A stretch of 61,734 nucleotides of DNA, filler included. It is 8 parts of 8 records of this genome, joined end to end, with 100 filler letters (N's around TTAATTAATTAA, not from the genome) between each part and the next. Parts side by side here need not be neighbours in the genome. Positions count along the whole stretch, not along the records: positions 13,717 to 19,860 come from SRR20825010_5328; positions 19,961 to 25,127 come from SRR20825010_5330; 6 more parts are not named here. One strand, 5' to 3'. The first letter of the stretch is position 1; the number at the start of each line of letters is the position of its first letter. The notes beneath the pieces are model-generated. The model saw only the letters and a list, made by a program, of their open reading frames with translations, did no database searches and was not told where the DNA came from. Position numbers and translations under genes: made by a program. Shown here piece after piece: positions 15,235-25,227 of the stretch.

Positions 15235-18200
15235 CAGCTCAGCCCCGGGATCTTCTTCAGCGCCGCGCCGAATTTCGGGTAATTCGCCTTCACCCCGTCA
15301 TCCAGGTCGATCTCGATCTTCTGCTGCGCCAGCGGGAAGATCACCTCGCGTTCCCATTCATGCAGCTCGTCGATCTGCTTGGCGACAACGCCGACCTGTC
15401 TCAGCGCCTTGGTGCGTTGGCCTTGGGTCGCGGTCGGATCATCGGAGAGTTTCTCCAGCCGGGCGCGTTCGCCTTCCAGCTTGGTGATGAACTCGCGCAG
15501 GTAGTCGTTCAGCAGCACCGAGACCGTGTCGCCGCGATAGCGGTGCATGTAGATCAGCGCGTTGAACGTCCCCTTGGGGGAGGAGACCATCCAGTAGATC
15601 GGGCGCTTCTTGTAGCGCTTCACGTGGTCGGCGTAGAAATCCTTCGTGAAGTATTTGCGGATGTCCTTGCCCAGACTGTCCTCGATGAACTTCAGGTTCT
15701 CGCGGAAATGCGCCTCGCCGAATGTCACGCGCAGGAACAGGCGGAAGCGTTCGGTGATGTCGTCGGGGAACCAGTCGGCGTCGAGCACAGGGATGACGTT
15801 GTCTTCATCCGGCATGAAGCTGGGCTCGGGCACGCGGGCGAGGTAATCCTCCAGCCGCTCACCTTGATTGGCGAGGATCAGGCCCGGCGCGTCGAGGCTG
15901 TAGCGGCCGAACATGCAGCCCACGGCGTAGCTCAGGAACTCGGCCATGGTATCGGCGCGCAGGCGGGTTTCACGGTCCTCCTCGGAGTTCTTCACGCCAT
16001 AGCGATAGGCGGGGTTGCAGGTGAGGGTGATCTCGTTGAGCGGCACCTCGGGGGTCAGCTCGTCTTGCAAGCCGTAGGCATCGATGAAGATGCGGTTGTT
16101 CTCTTCCTCTAACGTAAGCATCTCGTCCGTCATGCCCTGCCAATGGGCGCGGAGGGTGGCATAGCTGCCCTCCAGCGTCTCGCCGCGATGGTCAGGCGAA
16201 AGCAGCGGGAGCGTGGTGAAATCCCAGGAGGTTTCGTAGGCGTCCCAGTCGGAACGAGACGCATTCACCAACTCTGCTGCAACGCTTCTTGCTCTTGGCT
16301 TGGTGTCAATTTCCGGAGTGGGCAGGGCAGCGACGTTGTAGAGCTTGAAGTGCATTGTCGGATTGAGGATCTTCAATATTTCGAACGAAACTCTGCTCCC
16401 GAGTTGCGCCAATAAAAGTTCTTGGTCATCGTTGAAAATTGCCGGGCCAGCTGCATCAAAAATCATTCCGGCAGGCATCATTCTCACGCCAAAACTGGAT
16501 GAGCTAAGATCAGTCCACGTAACACCTTCTGAGAAATAGTAACTTTCGTTGGAAATCTTCCAGCCAAGATTATCCCAATCCAACTGGGGATAATTTGCGA
16601 GTGTATTTTCTTTGATCTCGTATCCGTTATCAAGCCAATTCACGACATATTCAAGGTTTCCGTACCATCTTCGAAAGTCGCCCCCTTTGTTGTAGGGAAC
16701 CCAACGCAAGTTTTCTCTTGCCAAATTTGGGTGCCGGAAATCAACTTGCGCTACTTCATGCCAACGTCGAAGAAAGCGGTCGTTGTCTCCCGTTCTCATC
16801 CCAATTTTTGGAGAGGCAAAATCTGACAACGGTTGAAACTTCGAAAACGCTTCCAGCATCTCATCAGACAGCCAATAAATGATTGGTTGCCCGGGAATTT
16901 TATTGAAATCCTCGGCGGATGCTGAAAATCGCCAGGTGCAGTTCGAATCTTGGATTGCCTCGCGAGTTCGCGCGGCTTGTTCTGAAGAGCCATAGAATTG
17001 ATCAAGGTCGATGTAAGTCCCGCTGCGGTAGGGTTTTTTAGTTTTTCGGATAGTGAAGGCACATATTGGGACGTATGCAGACTCGAAGAATGAATGATAC
17101 TCTGGCCGGACCAAACACTGCACCTCAGAATTTGCGTGGATCGATTTGCGCAATTTCGAAAAGGTATCAAGAAAGAGCCAATTGAATGGCGTCATTAGTC
17201 CGATGAATCCATTTTCAGGCAATGAATGAATAATTCGCTGCATGAAGGCTGAGTAAAGGTCTGCTTTGACGTCCTTGTATTCTGTGTTGAGGAAATCTTT
17301 CACGGTACTATTGAGGCCCTTCGCACCTGCATACGGCGGGTTGGCCACCACCACATGATACTTCGGCGCCAGCGCCTCGGCCATGCGCAGCACGGCCACG
17401 ACCCGCGCCTGCACGTCCTTCAGCAGCAGGTCCGAGCCGAAATCCCGCGCCTCGACCACGCGCAGCGTCTCTGCCGGATCGCGCAGTTTCGGCACGATCA
17501 GCGAGCCGAAGTTCTTTGCCTGCTCGAACTGGCCCAGCGTCTCGCGCAGCTCATCGGTGAACAGATCTTTGCCCACCACGGCGGCCACGTCCTGCATCTC
17601 GGCATCCGTAAACGCCACGTTCTGCAACACGCAGATGTCGGGTTTCGTCTCCATCCGCAAAAACCGCCGCCGCCCCAGCCGCGCTGCCGCTTTCATCGCC
17701 AGCGCAAAGGCGGCCAGCGCCCCGGCGCGGTCGTCAATCTCCACGCCCGTCAGGTTGTGCGTCAGGATCAGCGCGGGGATCTCTGTCGCGTCATACCCCT
17801 CTTCCTCGTAGATGGCGTAGAGCAGGTCAAAGGCATAAGTCAGCATGTGCCCCGAGCCTGCGGCGGGATCGCAGATGCGGATCTCTTCCGGCTTGGTGAT
17901 TTTCAGGAAGTCCGTCTCCGGCTCTTCTGGCGCGATGTAATAGTCCATCTTGGCCGCCAGCCCGCTTGCTGGATTGTTCAGCAGCCAGAGCCGCCCTAGC
18001 GAGTTCTCCACCAGATACCGGACGATCCAGTGCGGGGTGAAGAGCTGCGTCGCGGCGGGGATGTTCTCGGCCGTGATCTTCTGGTTCTTCTTGAGGCCCG
18101 CGAAGACCTGATCCTTCTTTTCTGAGATGTAGAACTGGTAGAGCCAACCAATGATTTCGACATCCTGGCAGGCGTCCTCGGTCATCACTTCGCGCAGGCG

Positions 18201-18725
18201 GGCGAGGATGGAGGTCTGCGACAGCAGATCCTCGGGCATCAGGAGTTCGGTGTAGTCGTCGATCTGTTCGAAGAGGAACGGCATGGGGCCGTGCCACAAA
18301 TTGCAGGTGTGGACGAGCAGGAGGCGATAGGCCTCGGCCTGCGGGTCACGCGACGGCGTGCGGCCATCAAGGAGGGCAGGGATAGTGGTAGGAGCGCCAT
18401 CCGGCAGGTTGCCGTTCATTGCCTCGGTCAGGATCTCGGGCCGCGTGGCGCCTTCGGCAGGGGAGACGACGCGCACCTGCGTGTAGTCATTGGCATCCAT
18501 GAAACGCAGGGCGGTGAAGCGGTTGAACCAGGTGTAGGCGACCTGTTCGATGACCTGCTGTTTGTCGGCCTTGCGGATGGCGTTCTCGAGGTCTTTCACG
18601 GCCTGCGGATGCTCGCGCCGCGCGGGCGCCCCCTCGGCCAGCACGAGGTCGAGCTTGGCGGTGACTTGATCGATTACCAGGGTGCGGGCAGCGACCGCGA
18701 ATTTTTTGAGCGCGTTGGTATCCAT
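15234..18725 (-). CDS. pglX: BREX-1 adenine DNA methyltransferase PglX (BrxX)
   Basis: AYTWFNR, IIGWLYQFY, IPAATQLFTPHWIV, DPAAGSGHML (SAM binding), NPPY (catalytic), NKGGDFRRWYGN, YKKRPIYW, IDLDDGVKANY. Confidence 0.96.
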   Translation of the reverse strand: MDTNALKKFAVAARTLVIDQVTAKLDLVLAEGAPARREHPQAVKDLENAIRKADKQQVIEQVAYTWFNRFTALRFMDANDYTQVRVVSPAEGATRPEILTEAMNGNLPDGAPTTIPALLDGRTPSRDPQAEAYRLLLVHTCNLWHGPMPFLFEQIDDYTELLMPEDLLSQTSILARLREVMTEDACQDVEIIGWLYQFYISEKKDQVFAGLKKNQKITAENIPAATQLFTPHWIVRYLVENSLGRLWLLNNPASGLAAKMDYYIAPEEPETDFLKITKPEEIRICDPAAGSGHMLTYAFDLLYAIYEEEGYDATEIPALILTHNLTGVEIDDRAGALAAFALAMKAAARLGRRRFLRMETKPDICVLQNVAFTDAEMQDVAAVVGKDLFTDELRETLGQFEQAKNFGSLIVPKLRDPAETLRVVEARDFGSDLLLKDVQARVVAVLRMAEALAPKYHVVVANPPYAGAKGLNSTVKDFLNTEYKDVKADLYSAFMQRIIHSLPENGFIGLMTPFNWLFLDTFSKLRKSIHANSEVQCLVRPEYHSFFESAYVPICAFTIRKTKKPYRSGTYIDLDQFYGSSEQAARTREAIQDSNCTWRFSASAEDFNKIPGQPIIYWLSDEMLEAFSKFQPLSDFASPKIGMRTGDNDRFLRRWHEVAQVDFRHPNLARENLRWVPYNKGGDFRRWYGNLEYVVNWLDNGYEIKENTLANYPQLDWDNLGWKISNESYYFSEGVTWTDLSSSSFGVRMMPAGMIFDAAGPAIFNDDQELLLAQLGSRVSFEILKILNPTMHFKLYNVAALPTPEIDTKPRARSVAAELVNASRSDWDAYETSWDFTTLPLLSPDHRGETLEGSYATLRAHWQGMTDEMLTLEEENNRIFIDAYGLQDELTPEVPLNEITLTCNPAYRYGVKNSEEDRETRLRADTMAEFLSYAVGCMFGRYSLDAPGLILANQGERLEDYLARVPEPSFMPDEDNVIPVLDADWFPDDITERFRLFLRVTFGEAHFRENLKFIEDSLGKDIRKYFTKDFYADHVKRYKKRPIYWMVSSPKGTFNALIYMHRYRGDTVSVLLNDYLREFITKLEGERARLEKLSDDPTATQGQRTKALRQVGVVAKQIDELHEWEREVIFPLAQQKIEIDLDDGVKANYPKFGAALKKIPGLS

Positions 18726-19860
18726 CAGACGATCACTTTCTTGCCCGCGTGGATCTCGGCCAGCAGGGTCTTCTTCATTTCTTCGAGATAGTCGGCGACA
18801 TCCGTATCATCCGACAGGTAGGCCTTGGAGAAGGGCACCTTGATCTGCGAGGCGTTGACGTATGTCGGTGCCTGCGGGGCGGGCGCGGGCGGATCGTTCA
18901 CACCCGGCGCGGGCTTGAAAGGTTCCTGCGGCGGACGCGCCAGACGATCCACCTCGGCGATCATTTCGGCCAGAAAGCCGGTGCGCGCATGGTTGGCCTT
19001 GTTCTGGAGCACGGGGATCAGGGCGACGGTGTCGAGCCCCGCTTTCTCGCGCTCCAGTCTGCCGGTGATCCGCGTCTGCTTGTCGGCCTCGAGGCCCTGG
19101 AATTCGGACATCTGTGTCACCTTGCGGGCGACCTCGTCCACCGCGGCGATGACCGCCTTACGCTCCTCCAGCACCTTCAGCTCGACCTTGTTTTTCAGGT
19201 CGTAGATCGAGGCCTTGAGATCCTGGATTGCATTACCCTTGTGGCAGGCCGGATCGGCCAGCGCGGCGCTTATCTGTCGACCCGCATCCGGATCGATTTG
19301 GTCGATATTGGCCTGCTGCCGTGCAAGGGTCTCGCGCGCCTCGTCATAGATCGCACGCTGCGCGCCGCCCATGAAGGATTTCACCTTGTCGAGGATGTCC
19401 TCTTTGGGGTTGAGCAGGTCATCCTCATGCCGTGGCGCATCCGTGATGAACCAGGTGGCGGGCTTGGCCTTCATGCCGCGCAACTGGTCCCTGAATGGCT
19501 CCAGCGCGGCAAGGAAGGGGTATTCACGGGCCTGACTGGTCAGGTCATCGACCTCGGCCTCCAGTTCCGCGAGGCTCTCGGCCCATTCCGCCCCGAGGCT
19601 GCGGGCGTCACTTCCGGATGCCGGTCGGGCAAAGAGATTCTGGTAGAGTTCTTTCGAGCGACGAATTTCTGCCGCCGAGAATTCCTGTTGCGGGGTTAGG
19701 AGGATGTTCGGCAAGGCATGTGAGTTGTTCAGGGCCTTCGCTAGGTCGACCCCTTCCATCAGTGTGCCGTCAATACGCGCCTCGATCTTGCTCATTGCGG
19801 ACAGGCTTCCTGCGAGGCAGAGAACCGCAACCGTGGGCCAGCCATAGGGCTTCGTCGTGA
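18725..19860 (-). CDS. brxC: BREX P-loop ATPase BrxC, C-terminal part (5' truncated)
   Basis: Frame stays open past the ORF-track start up to the spacer (TTKPYGWPTVAVLCL...). Coiled-coil C-terminus ending GKKVIV; overlaps the pglX start. Confidence 0.85.
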
Positions 19861-19960
19861 NNNNNNNNNNNNNNNNNNNNNNNNNNNNNNNNNNNNNNNN
19901 NNNNTTAATTAATTAANNNNNNNNNNNNNNNNNNNNNNNNNNNNNNNNNNNNNNNNNNNN
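19861..19960. other. Artificial contig spacer
   Basis: N44-TTAATTAATTAA-N44. Confidence 0.98.
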
Positions 19961-19961
19961 T

Positions 19962-20741
19962 CAGAATATTCTGCTGTTACTTAACCAAAATGACCTTGGC
20001 ATTGGCGAGCTTGCGGATGCGGTTCGGCTTGATCCTGTCATTTCCGGGCAGGTGCTGAAAATGGCCAATTCGGCCTACTTTGGTCGCTCCAAGCAGGTTG
20101 CCAGCATTGAAGATGCAGCAGTGATTATTGGCATCGATTCAATCAGAACGATGGTGTTGGGTTGTGGGCTGATGGCAGCGGGTGAGACTGTAGAAAATTT
20201 CGATCTGGAGCGATTCTGGCGCTTGTCGCTTTTGTCGGCCTACATAGCCAAAGACATTGCAAAGCTGTACGGTCATGATGCCAACCAGGCCTACACCGCT
20301 GCACTTATTCACAGGTTGGGCGTGCTAGCCATACAAAGGGCTGTACCCGATATTGCATCCGAGATTAATCAGGCTTGTGGCGACCGTTTTCCCTTTGACA
20401 GGGCCGATGCAGAAACCAGCCTGCTGGGGTTTGACCATGCCGAAGTAAGTGCAACCATTGCAGATGAATGGAACTTGCCAAAAATGATTAGTGAATCAAT
20501 TCGCCATTACCCACATCCTGTAGTCAGCCAGGCCAGTGGGCTTAGTGCGCTGCTTCACCTGTGCGTGGCTGTGGCCATTAATATGACAGATGACCTGCCA
20601 AGCAGTGAGTGGAAGTACAACCTGGATGTTGATGTAGAAGATTTGCTGGATATTTTAATGGCCGATTTGCATGAATTGCAGCCCAGGTTCGATGCGGCGC
20701 ATCAATTTGTCAACATGATGGTGGCAGGGCGATCAAGCTGA
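19962..20741 (+). CDS. HDOD domain signalling protein (5' truncated)
   Basis: Open from the contig start: LADAVRLDPVISGQVLKMANSAYFG, FWRLS, AYTAALIHRLG, GFDHAEVSA...WNLP...IRHY. Confidence 0.85.
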   Translation, partial: QNILLLLNQNDLGIGELADAVRLDPVISGQVLKMANSAYFGRSKQVASIEDAAVIIGIDSIRTMVLGCGLMAAGETVENFDLERFWRLSLLSAYIAKDIAKLYGHDANQAYTAALIHRLGVLAIQRAVPDIASEINQACGDRFPFDRADAETSLLGFDHAEVSATIADEWNLPKMISESIRHYPHPVVSQASGLSALLHLCVAVAINMTDDLPSSEWKYNLDVDVEDLLDILMADLHELQPRFDAAHQFVNMMVAGRSS

Positions 20742-20763
20742 CCCCGTGATGGCACATGGAATG

Positions 20764-20792
20764 AAAAAAAAGCACCCCTAGGGGTGCTTTTT
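20764..20792. terminator. Bidirectional intrinsic terminator
   Basis: AAAAAAAAGCACCCCTAGGGGTGCTTTTT palindrome between convergent genes. Confidence 0.88.
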
Positions 20793-20811
20793 CTTTGGTG
20801 TGCATTCGAAC

Positions 20812-22713
20812 TTATCTGTACAGCACGCCTGGCAACCACATGCCGATTTGCGGGAATACATACAGCACGAACATTGCGAAGATCTGGATAAACATGAATG
20901 GAATCATGCCCAGGAAGATCTGGTTCAATGTAACCCCGGGTGGCGACACGCCTTTGAGGTAGAACGCTGCCATGGCCACGGGTGGTGACAGGAATGCAGT
21001 TTGCAGGTTCAACGCCACCAACAGGCCGAAGAACAGTGGGTCTACATCAAAGTAGGGCAGTAGTGGGATGAAGATCGGCATGAAAATCACGATGATCTCT
21101 GTCCATTCCAGTGGCCAGCCCAACAGGAAAATAATGACCTGTGACAGCAACAGGAATTCAATGGGGGTCAAGCCCAAAGACAATACCCAGGTTTCCACCA
21201 ATTCCTGACCACCCAGCAGCGCGAATGCGGCTGAGAAAATCGAGGAACCCACGAACAGCCAACACACCATGGCAGTGGTTTTGGAGCACAGGAACGCAGA
21301 TTCGCGCAGCACGGGGAAGCTGAGCTGGCGATAACCTGCTGCCAGTAACAAGCCACCAAACGCGCCTACAGCCGCCGCTTCGGAAGGCGTTGCAAAGCCA
21401 AACACGATGCTGCCCAGCACAAACAAAATCAGAATTGCCAATGGGAAGAACGAGGTCAGCAACATCTTGAACACTTCAAGACGCTCAAAGCTTAATCGTG
21501 AGTAGTAGTAAACCAGCACCGCTGCCACAACCAGCAATGAAATCCAGAAATTCAGTGGCGCTGAAGGCGCTTCCTCAACAACTTTTTCAGTTGCAGGTTC
21601 CTCAAGCGCTGGCGCAGCAGCAGATTCTGCTGTGTCCGCACCCGCAGGTTCAGCCAAACCTGTTGAGCCTTCTACTTCGGGCTCTGCAAGGTCGAATGAA
21701 TAGGAATTGGATGTACCACTGTCGTAGCCAGCGCCGAAGCTGACCAGGCTGGATGTGTCAAATTCTGCTTCCTTGGGGGCTGTCAGTGATGAATACACCA
21801 AGCCCAAAATGAATGCTGCAAAAATTGCAGGCAACATGGCCACAAACAACTGGTTTGCCACCTGGCCGCCACTTAGGTGGCCTTCGCGACGACCTTTCAA
21901 ACCGTTCACCAAAGCCGACACTGCACGGCTGCTGCCATATGTGCGCTTAAGGGAATCCAGCACGGGGCTTAGTGGCACCTTGCGGTCTTCTTCAGACAAG
22001 GGGGGCGCACATTTCGGATTGATCTTGGCGCGAATCATGATGTAGGCGATGTACAGGCCCGTCAGCATCAAACCGGGGAAAAATGCACCTGCATACAATT
22101 GCACCACGGAAACACCCGCAGTAGCACCATACACAATCAACAACACGGAAGGCGGTATCAAGATACCCAAACAACCGCCAGCGGTAATTGCGCCTGCTGC
22201 CATTTTGGTGTCGTAACCTGCTTTCAACATGCTGGGCATGGCCAGCAAACCCATCAAGGTAACTACCGCACCCACAATACCTGTGGCTGTCGCGAAAATT
22301 GCACAGGTTACCAGTGTGGCAACACCTAGCGCGCCGGGAAGGCGAGCCATCGCCAAGTGCAGCGACTTGAACAATTTCTCGATCAGGTTTGCACGTTCAA
22401 CCAGGTAGCCCATGAACACAAACAGGGGGACTGAAATAAGCACGTCGTTGGTCATCACCTTGTAGGTGGACTGAACCATCAAATCCAGTGTGTTTTGAAT
22501 GTTTCCATCGTAGGCAAAGTAGGTAAAAATGACGCCCATGCCCATCAAGGTGAACGCGGTAGGAAAGCCCAGCATGATGGCTACAACCACCAGTGACAGC
22601 ATGAGCAAGCCCAAATGACCGTCGGTCATTTCAGAAGGTGCGGGCATTGCAATGGCGACCCCGATCAGGATCATCGCCATGATGGCAATACCAAAATATA
22701 GTTCTTTTTTCAT
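20812..22713 (-). CDS. dctM: TRAP transporter large permease
   Basis: LISVPLFVFMG, GCLGILIPPS, ATPSEAAAVGA, NLQTAFLSPP. Has a large internal insertion. Confidence 0.92.
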   Translation of the reverse strand: MKKELYFGIAIMAMILIGVAIAMPAPSEMTDGHLGLLMLSLVVVAIMLGFPTAFTLMGMGVIFTYFAYDGNIQNTLDLMVQSTYKVMTNDVLISVPLFVFMGYLVERANLIEKLFKSLHLAMARLPGALGVATLVTCAIFATATGIVGAVVTLMGLLAMPSMLKAGYDTKMAAGAITAGGCLGILIPPSVLLIVYGATAGVSVVQLYAGAFFPGLMLTGLYIAYIMIRAKINPKCAPPLSEEDRKVPLSPVLDSLKRTYGSSRAVSALVNGLKGRREGHLSGGQVANQLFVAMLPAIFAAFILGLVYSSLTAPKEAEFDTSSLVSFGAGYDSGTSNSYSFDLAEPEVEGSTGLAEPAGADTAESAAAPALEEPATEKVVEEAPSAPLNFWISLLVVAAVLVYYYSRLSFERLEVFKMLLTSFFPLAILILFVLGSIVFGFATPSEAAAVGAFGGLLLAAGYRQLSFPVLRESAFLCSKTTAMVCWLFVGSSIFSAAFALLGGQELVETWVLSLGLTPIEFLLLSQVIIFLLGWPLEWTEIIVIFMPIFIPLLPYFDVDPLFFGLLVALNLQTAFLSPPVAMAAFYLKGVSPPGVTLNQIFLGMIPFMFIQIFAMFVLYVFPQIGMWLPGVLYR

Positions 22714-22724
22714 GATGAATCCTG

Positions 22725-23294
22725 TTAATTCTTGCCGAGTGAAGCTTTCAGCTTCTCTACATCCACTTCTTCCACATCGTCTTCACGCTTGGGCCATACG
22801 CCGTCTTTGATGCACATGATGCAGCGGATCACTTCAACTGCGCCTTGTAGCAGCAGAAAGAAGCCAGCCAGTGGAATGAATGCCTTGAAGGGATATATGG
22901 GCGGACCATCGGCCGTGATGGACGACATTTCCTTGATGGCCCAGGCTTCGTCAGCGAATGTGTAACCTGCGTAGGTCAATGCGATGATGCCGGGGAAGAA
23001 GAAAACGAAATACAAAATCAGGTCGAGAATGGCTTGGGTTCTGGGTTCTAGGAAGCCATACAGAATGTCGCCGCGCACATGGCCGTTGGTTGCCAGTGTG
23101 TAGGCACCTGCCATCATGAACAGAATGCCGTAAAGAATATAGGATGCGTCGAATACCCACGGGTTGGGGCTGTTCAGGGCATAGCGTGTGAACACTTCGA
23201 ACACAATGACACCGGTCAACAGCACGATGGTCCAGGCAAACAGGTGCCCAACCTTGGTTGAAATTTTGTCGACCAAATGGAGAAAAGCTAACAT
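22725..23294 (-). CDS. dctQ: TRAP transporter small permease
   Basis: Four TM helices, FEVFTRY, GHVRGD. Between dctP and dctM. Confidence 0.9.
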   Translation of the reverse strand: MLAFLHLVDKISTKVGHLFAWTIVLLTGVIVFEVFTRYALNSPNPWVFDASYILYGILFMMAGAYTLATNGHVRGDILYGFLEPRTQAILDLILYFVFFFPGIIALTYAGYTFADEAWAIKEMSSITADGPPIYPFKAFIPLAGFFLLLQGAVEVIRCIMCIKDGVWPKREDDVEEVDVEKLKASLGKN

Positions 23295-23316
23295 GGAGTG
23301 AACCTCTGGTTCTTTT

Positions 23317-23353
23317 AAAAAAAAGCCAACACCCGTTGTGCGGATGTTGGCTT
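23317..23353 (-). terminator. Hairpin plus U-tract after dctP (partial terminator / mRNA stabiliser)
   Basis: Minus strand AAGCCAACATCCGCACAACGGGTGTTGGCTTTTTTTT. Confidence 0.75.
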
Positions 23354-23369
23354 CTGATCGTGGGATTAA

Positions 23370-24488
23370 TTACTTCTTTTGTGCGTAGAACGCTTGAGCC
23401 ATTTTGAAGTCAACAGTGGTGTCGGCTTGCCATTTGGCTGCACGTGCTGCAAATGCACGCTGCGATTCAAATACCTTCTTGAATGTGGGGTTGGAAGCCG
23501 ACTTTTCTTTGGTCACTTCGTCCCAAGCTTTCAACTGGGCCTTCAAAATGCTGTCAGGTGTTTTAAAGAACTTCACACCCTGCTTGGCTTGCATTTCCTG
23601 GTAATCCTTGGAGTAGCGGTCCACTGCTTTCCAGCTCATGTCGGCTGAAGATGCCTCAGCTGCGTTTGCAATGATGGCCTTGATTTCAGCTGGCAGTTTG
23701 TTGTACTTGGTCTTGTTGAACATGATTTCAAACTGTTCAGAAGACTGGTGGAAGCTTTGCAGCATGCACACTTTGGATACATCGGGGAAGCCCAACAGGC
23801 GGTCGGAAGATGCGTTGTTGAATTCAGCAGCGTCTAGCAGGCCACGGTCCATCGCTGGAACGATCTCGCCGCCGGGCAGTGCGTTAACAGCCACGCCCAT
23901 CTTGGTGAACATGTCCACAGACAAACCAACAGTACGGAACTTCAGGCCTTTCAGGTCTTCTGCCTTGGTAACTGGCTTTTTGAACCAACCCAGTGGCTGT
24001 GTGGGCATTGGGCCCGACATGAACGACACAACGTCCATATTCAGGTCACCATAAATTTCTTCAAGCAGCTCTTTGCCGCCGCCGTATTTGTGCCAAGCCA
24101 GCAACATGTTGGCGTCCATGCCAAAAGATGGGCCTGAACCCCACAGCGCAACGGCTGCGTTCTTGCCATACCAGTAAGCGATCACGCCGTGACCACCGTC
24201 CAACGTACCCTTGCTTACGGCATCCAGCAAGTCGAAAGCCTTAACCACTGAACCAGCTGGCAGTACTTCAATTTTCAGGCGACCACCAGTCATGCTGTTC
24301 ACTTTGTCTGCAAAGTCAACTGCGTATTCGTGGAAAATGTCTTTCTGGGGCCATGTGCTCTGGAAACGCATGCTCACTGTTTGAGCAGTAGAAATCATGG
24401 GGAACGCCAAGGCGCCTGCACCCACTGCGGCCACGGATGTGCCCTTGATAAAATCACGGCGCTTCTGGTTGTTCACTGAATCAGTCAT
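23370..24488 (-). CDS. dctP: TRAP substrate-binding protein (TakP-like, Tat signal)
   Basis: Twin-arginine RRDFIK signal, GWFKKPV, LKGLKFR, DAAEFNN, conserved Arg. The alpha-keto acid substrate is inferred. Confidence 0.88.
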   Translation of the reverse strand: MTDSVNNQKRRDFIKGTSVAAVGAGALAFPMISTAQTVSMRFQSTWPQKDIFHEYAVDFADKVNSMTGGRLKIEVLPAGSVVKAFDLLDAVSKGTLDGGHGVIAYWYGKNAAVALWGSGPSFGMDANMLLAWHKYGGGKELLEEIYGDLNMDVVSFMSGPMPTQPLGWFKKPVTKAEDLKGLKFRTVGLSVDMFTKMGVAVNALPGGEIVPAMDRGLLDAAEFNNASSDRLLGFPDVSKVCMLQSFHQSSEQFEIMFNKTKYNKLPAEIKAIIANAAEASSADMSWKAVDRYSKDYQEMQAKQGVKFFKTPDSILKAQLKAWDEVTKEKSASNPTFKKVFESQRAFAARAAKWQADTTVDFKMAQAFYAQKK

Positions 24489-24642
24489 TTTGCCTCCTTA
24501 AATTGATGTAGCTTTCGACTGTTGTTGTGGTTTTACTTTTCGAACCTGCATTGTGATAGCCGCACTTCGGTAACTGAATAGGAGCAAACCCTTATCCAGG
24601 GGTTTTGATGCACCATTTGGGGTCGGGATTTACCCTGTGTTG

Positions 24643-24690
24643 AATAAAAAAACCGCTGTGACCTATCAAGCCACAGCGGTTTTTTTATTC
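24643..24690. terminator. Intrinsic terminator after the ABC ATPase
   Basis: AATAAAAAAACCGCTGTG-loop-CACAGCGGTTTTTTTATT inverted repeat. Confidence 0.85.
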
Positions 24691-24699
24691 AGAATGGTT

Positions 24700-25127
24700 T
24701 CAAGCAGATGCAGTTTGCTTTTCACCCGTTTTTTTTTGCTCACGCAGTTTGCCGATATTTTCTACCTTGCGTTGTTTTTCGTGGAGGAAGCTGAGTACCT
24801 CGTGGCGATAGTGGTTGTAGGTGGGGTCGTCGGCCAATGCCAAACGGTCACGGGGGCGGGGCAGGTCGATGTCGAGAATTTGACCAATGGTGGCTGAAGG
24901 GCCATTGGTCATCATCACGATACGGTCGGACAACAACACCGCTTCATCTACATCGTGCGTAATCATCACCACGGTGTTTTTCAACTCGTTCTGAATGCGC
25001 ATCACCTCGTCTTGCAGGTGGGCACGTGTTAGTGCGTCCAGTGCGCCGAAGGGTTCATCCAGCAGCAACACCTTGGGTTCCATGGCCAGCGCACGGGCAA
25101 TGCCCACGCGTTGTTTCATACCGCCGG
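24700..25127 (-). CDS. Nitrate/cyanate-type ABC transporter ATP-binding subunit, C-terminal fragment
   Basis: GGMKQRVGIARAL, LLDEPFGALDALTRAHLQD, ITHDVDEA, MMTNGPSATIG. Confidence 0.88.
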
Positions 25128-25227
25128 NNNNNNNNNNNNNNNNNNNNNNNNNNNNNNNNNNNNNNNNNNNNTTAATTAATTAANNNNNNNNNNNNNNNNN
25201 NNNNNNNNNNNNNNNNNNNNNNNNNNN
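25128..25227. other. Artificial contig spacer
   Basis: N44-TTAATTAATTAA-N44. Confidence 0.98.

Noticed and set aside
19796..19860. brxC as a short 356-aa gene or an IS-disrupted pseudogene
   Set aside because: The frame stays open to the contig edge with BrxC-like KPYGW sequence; it is only truncated by assembly.
13178..20741. BREX as an island inserted between hemY and the HDOD gene
   Set aside because: Spacers on both sides make the adjacency artificial. No att site or integrase is visible.
24606..24626. NtrC site upstream of dctP (TGCACCATTTGGGGTCG)
   Set aside because: Only one half matches TGCACC-N5-GGTGCA, and I found no convincing sigma-54 -24/-12 element.
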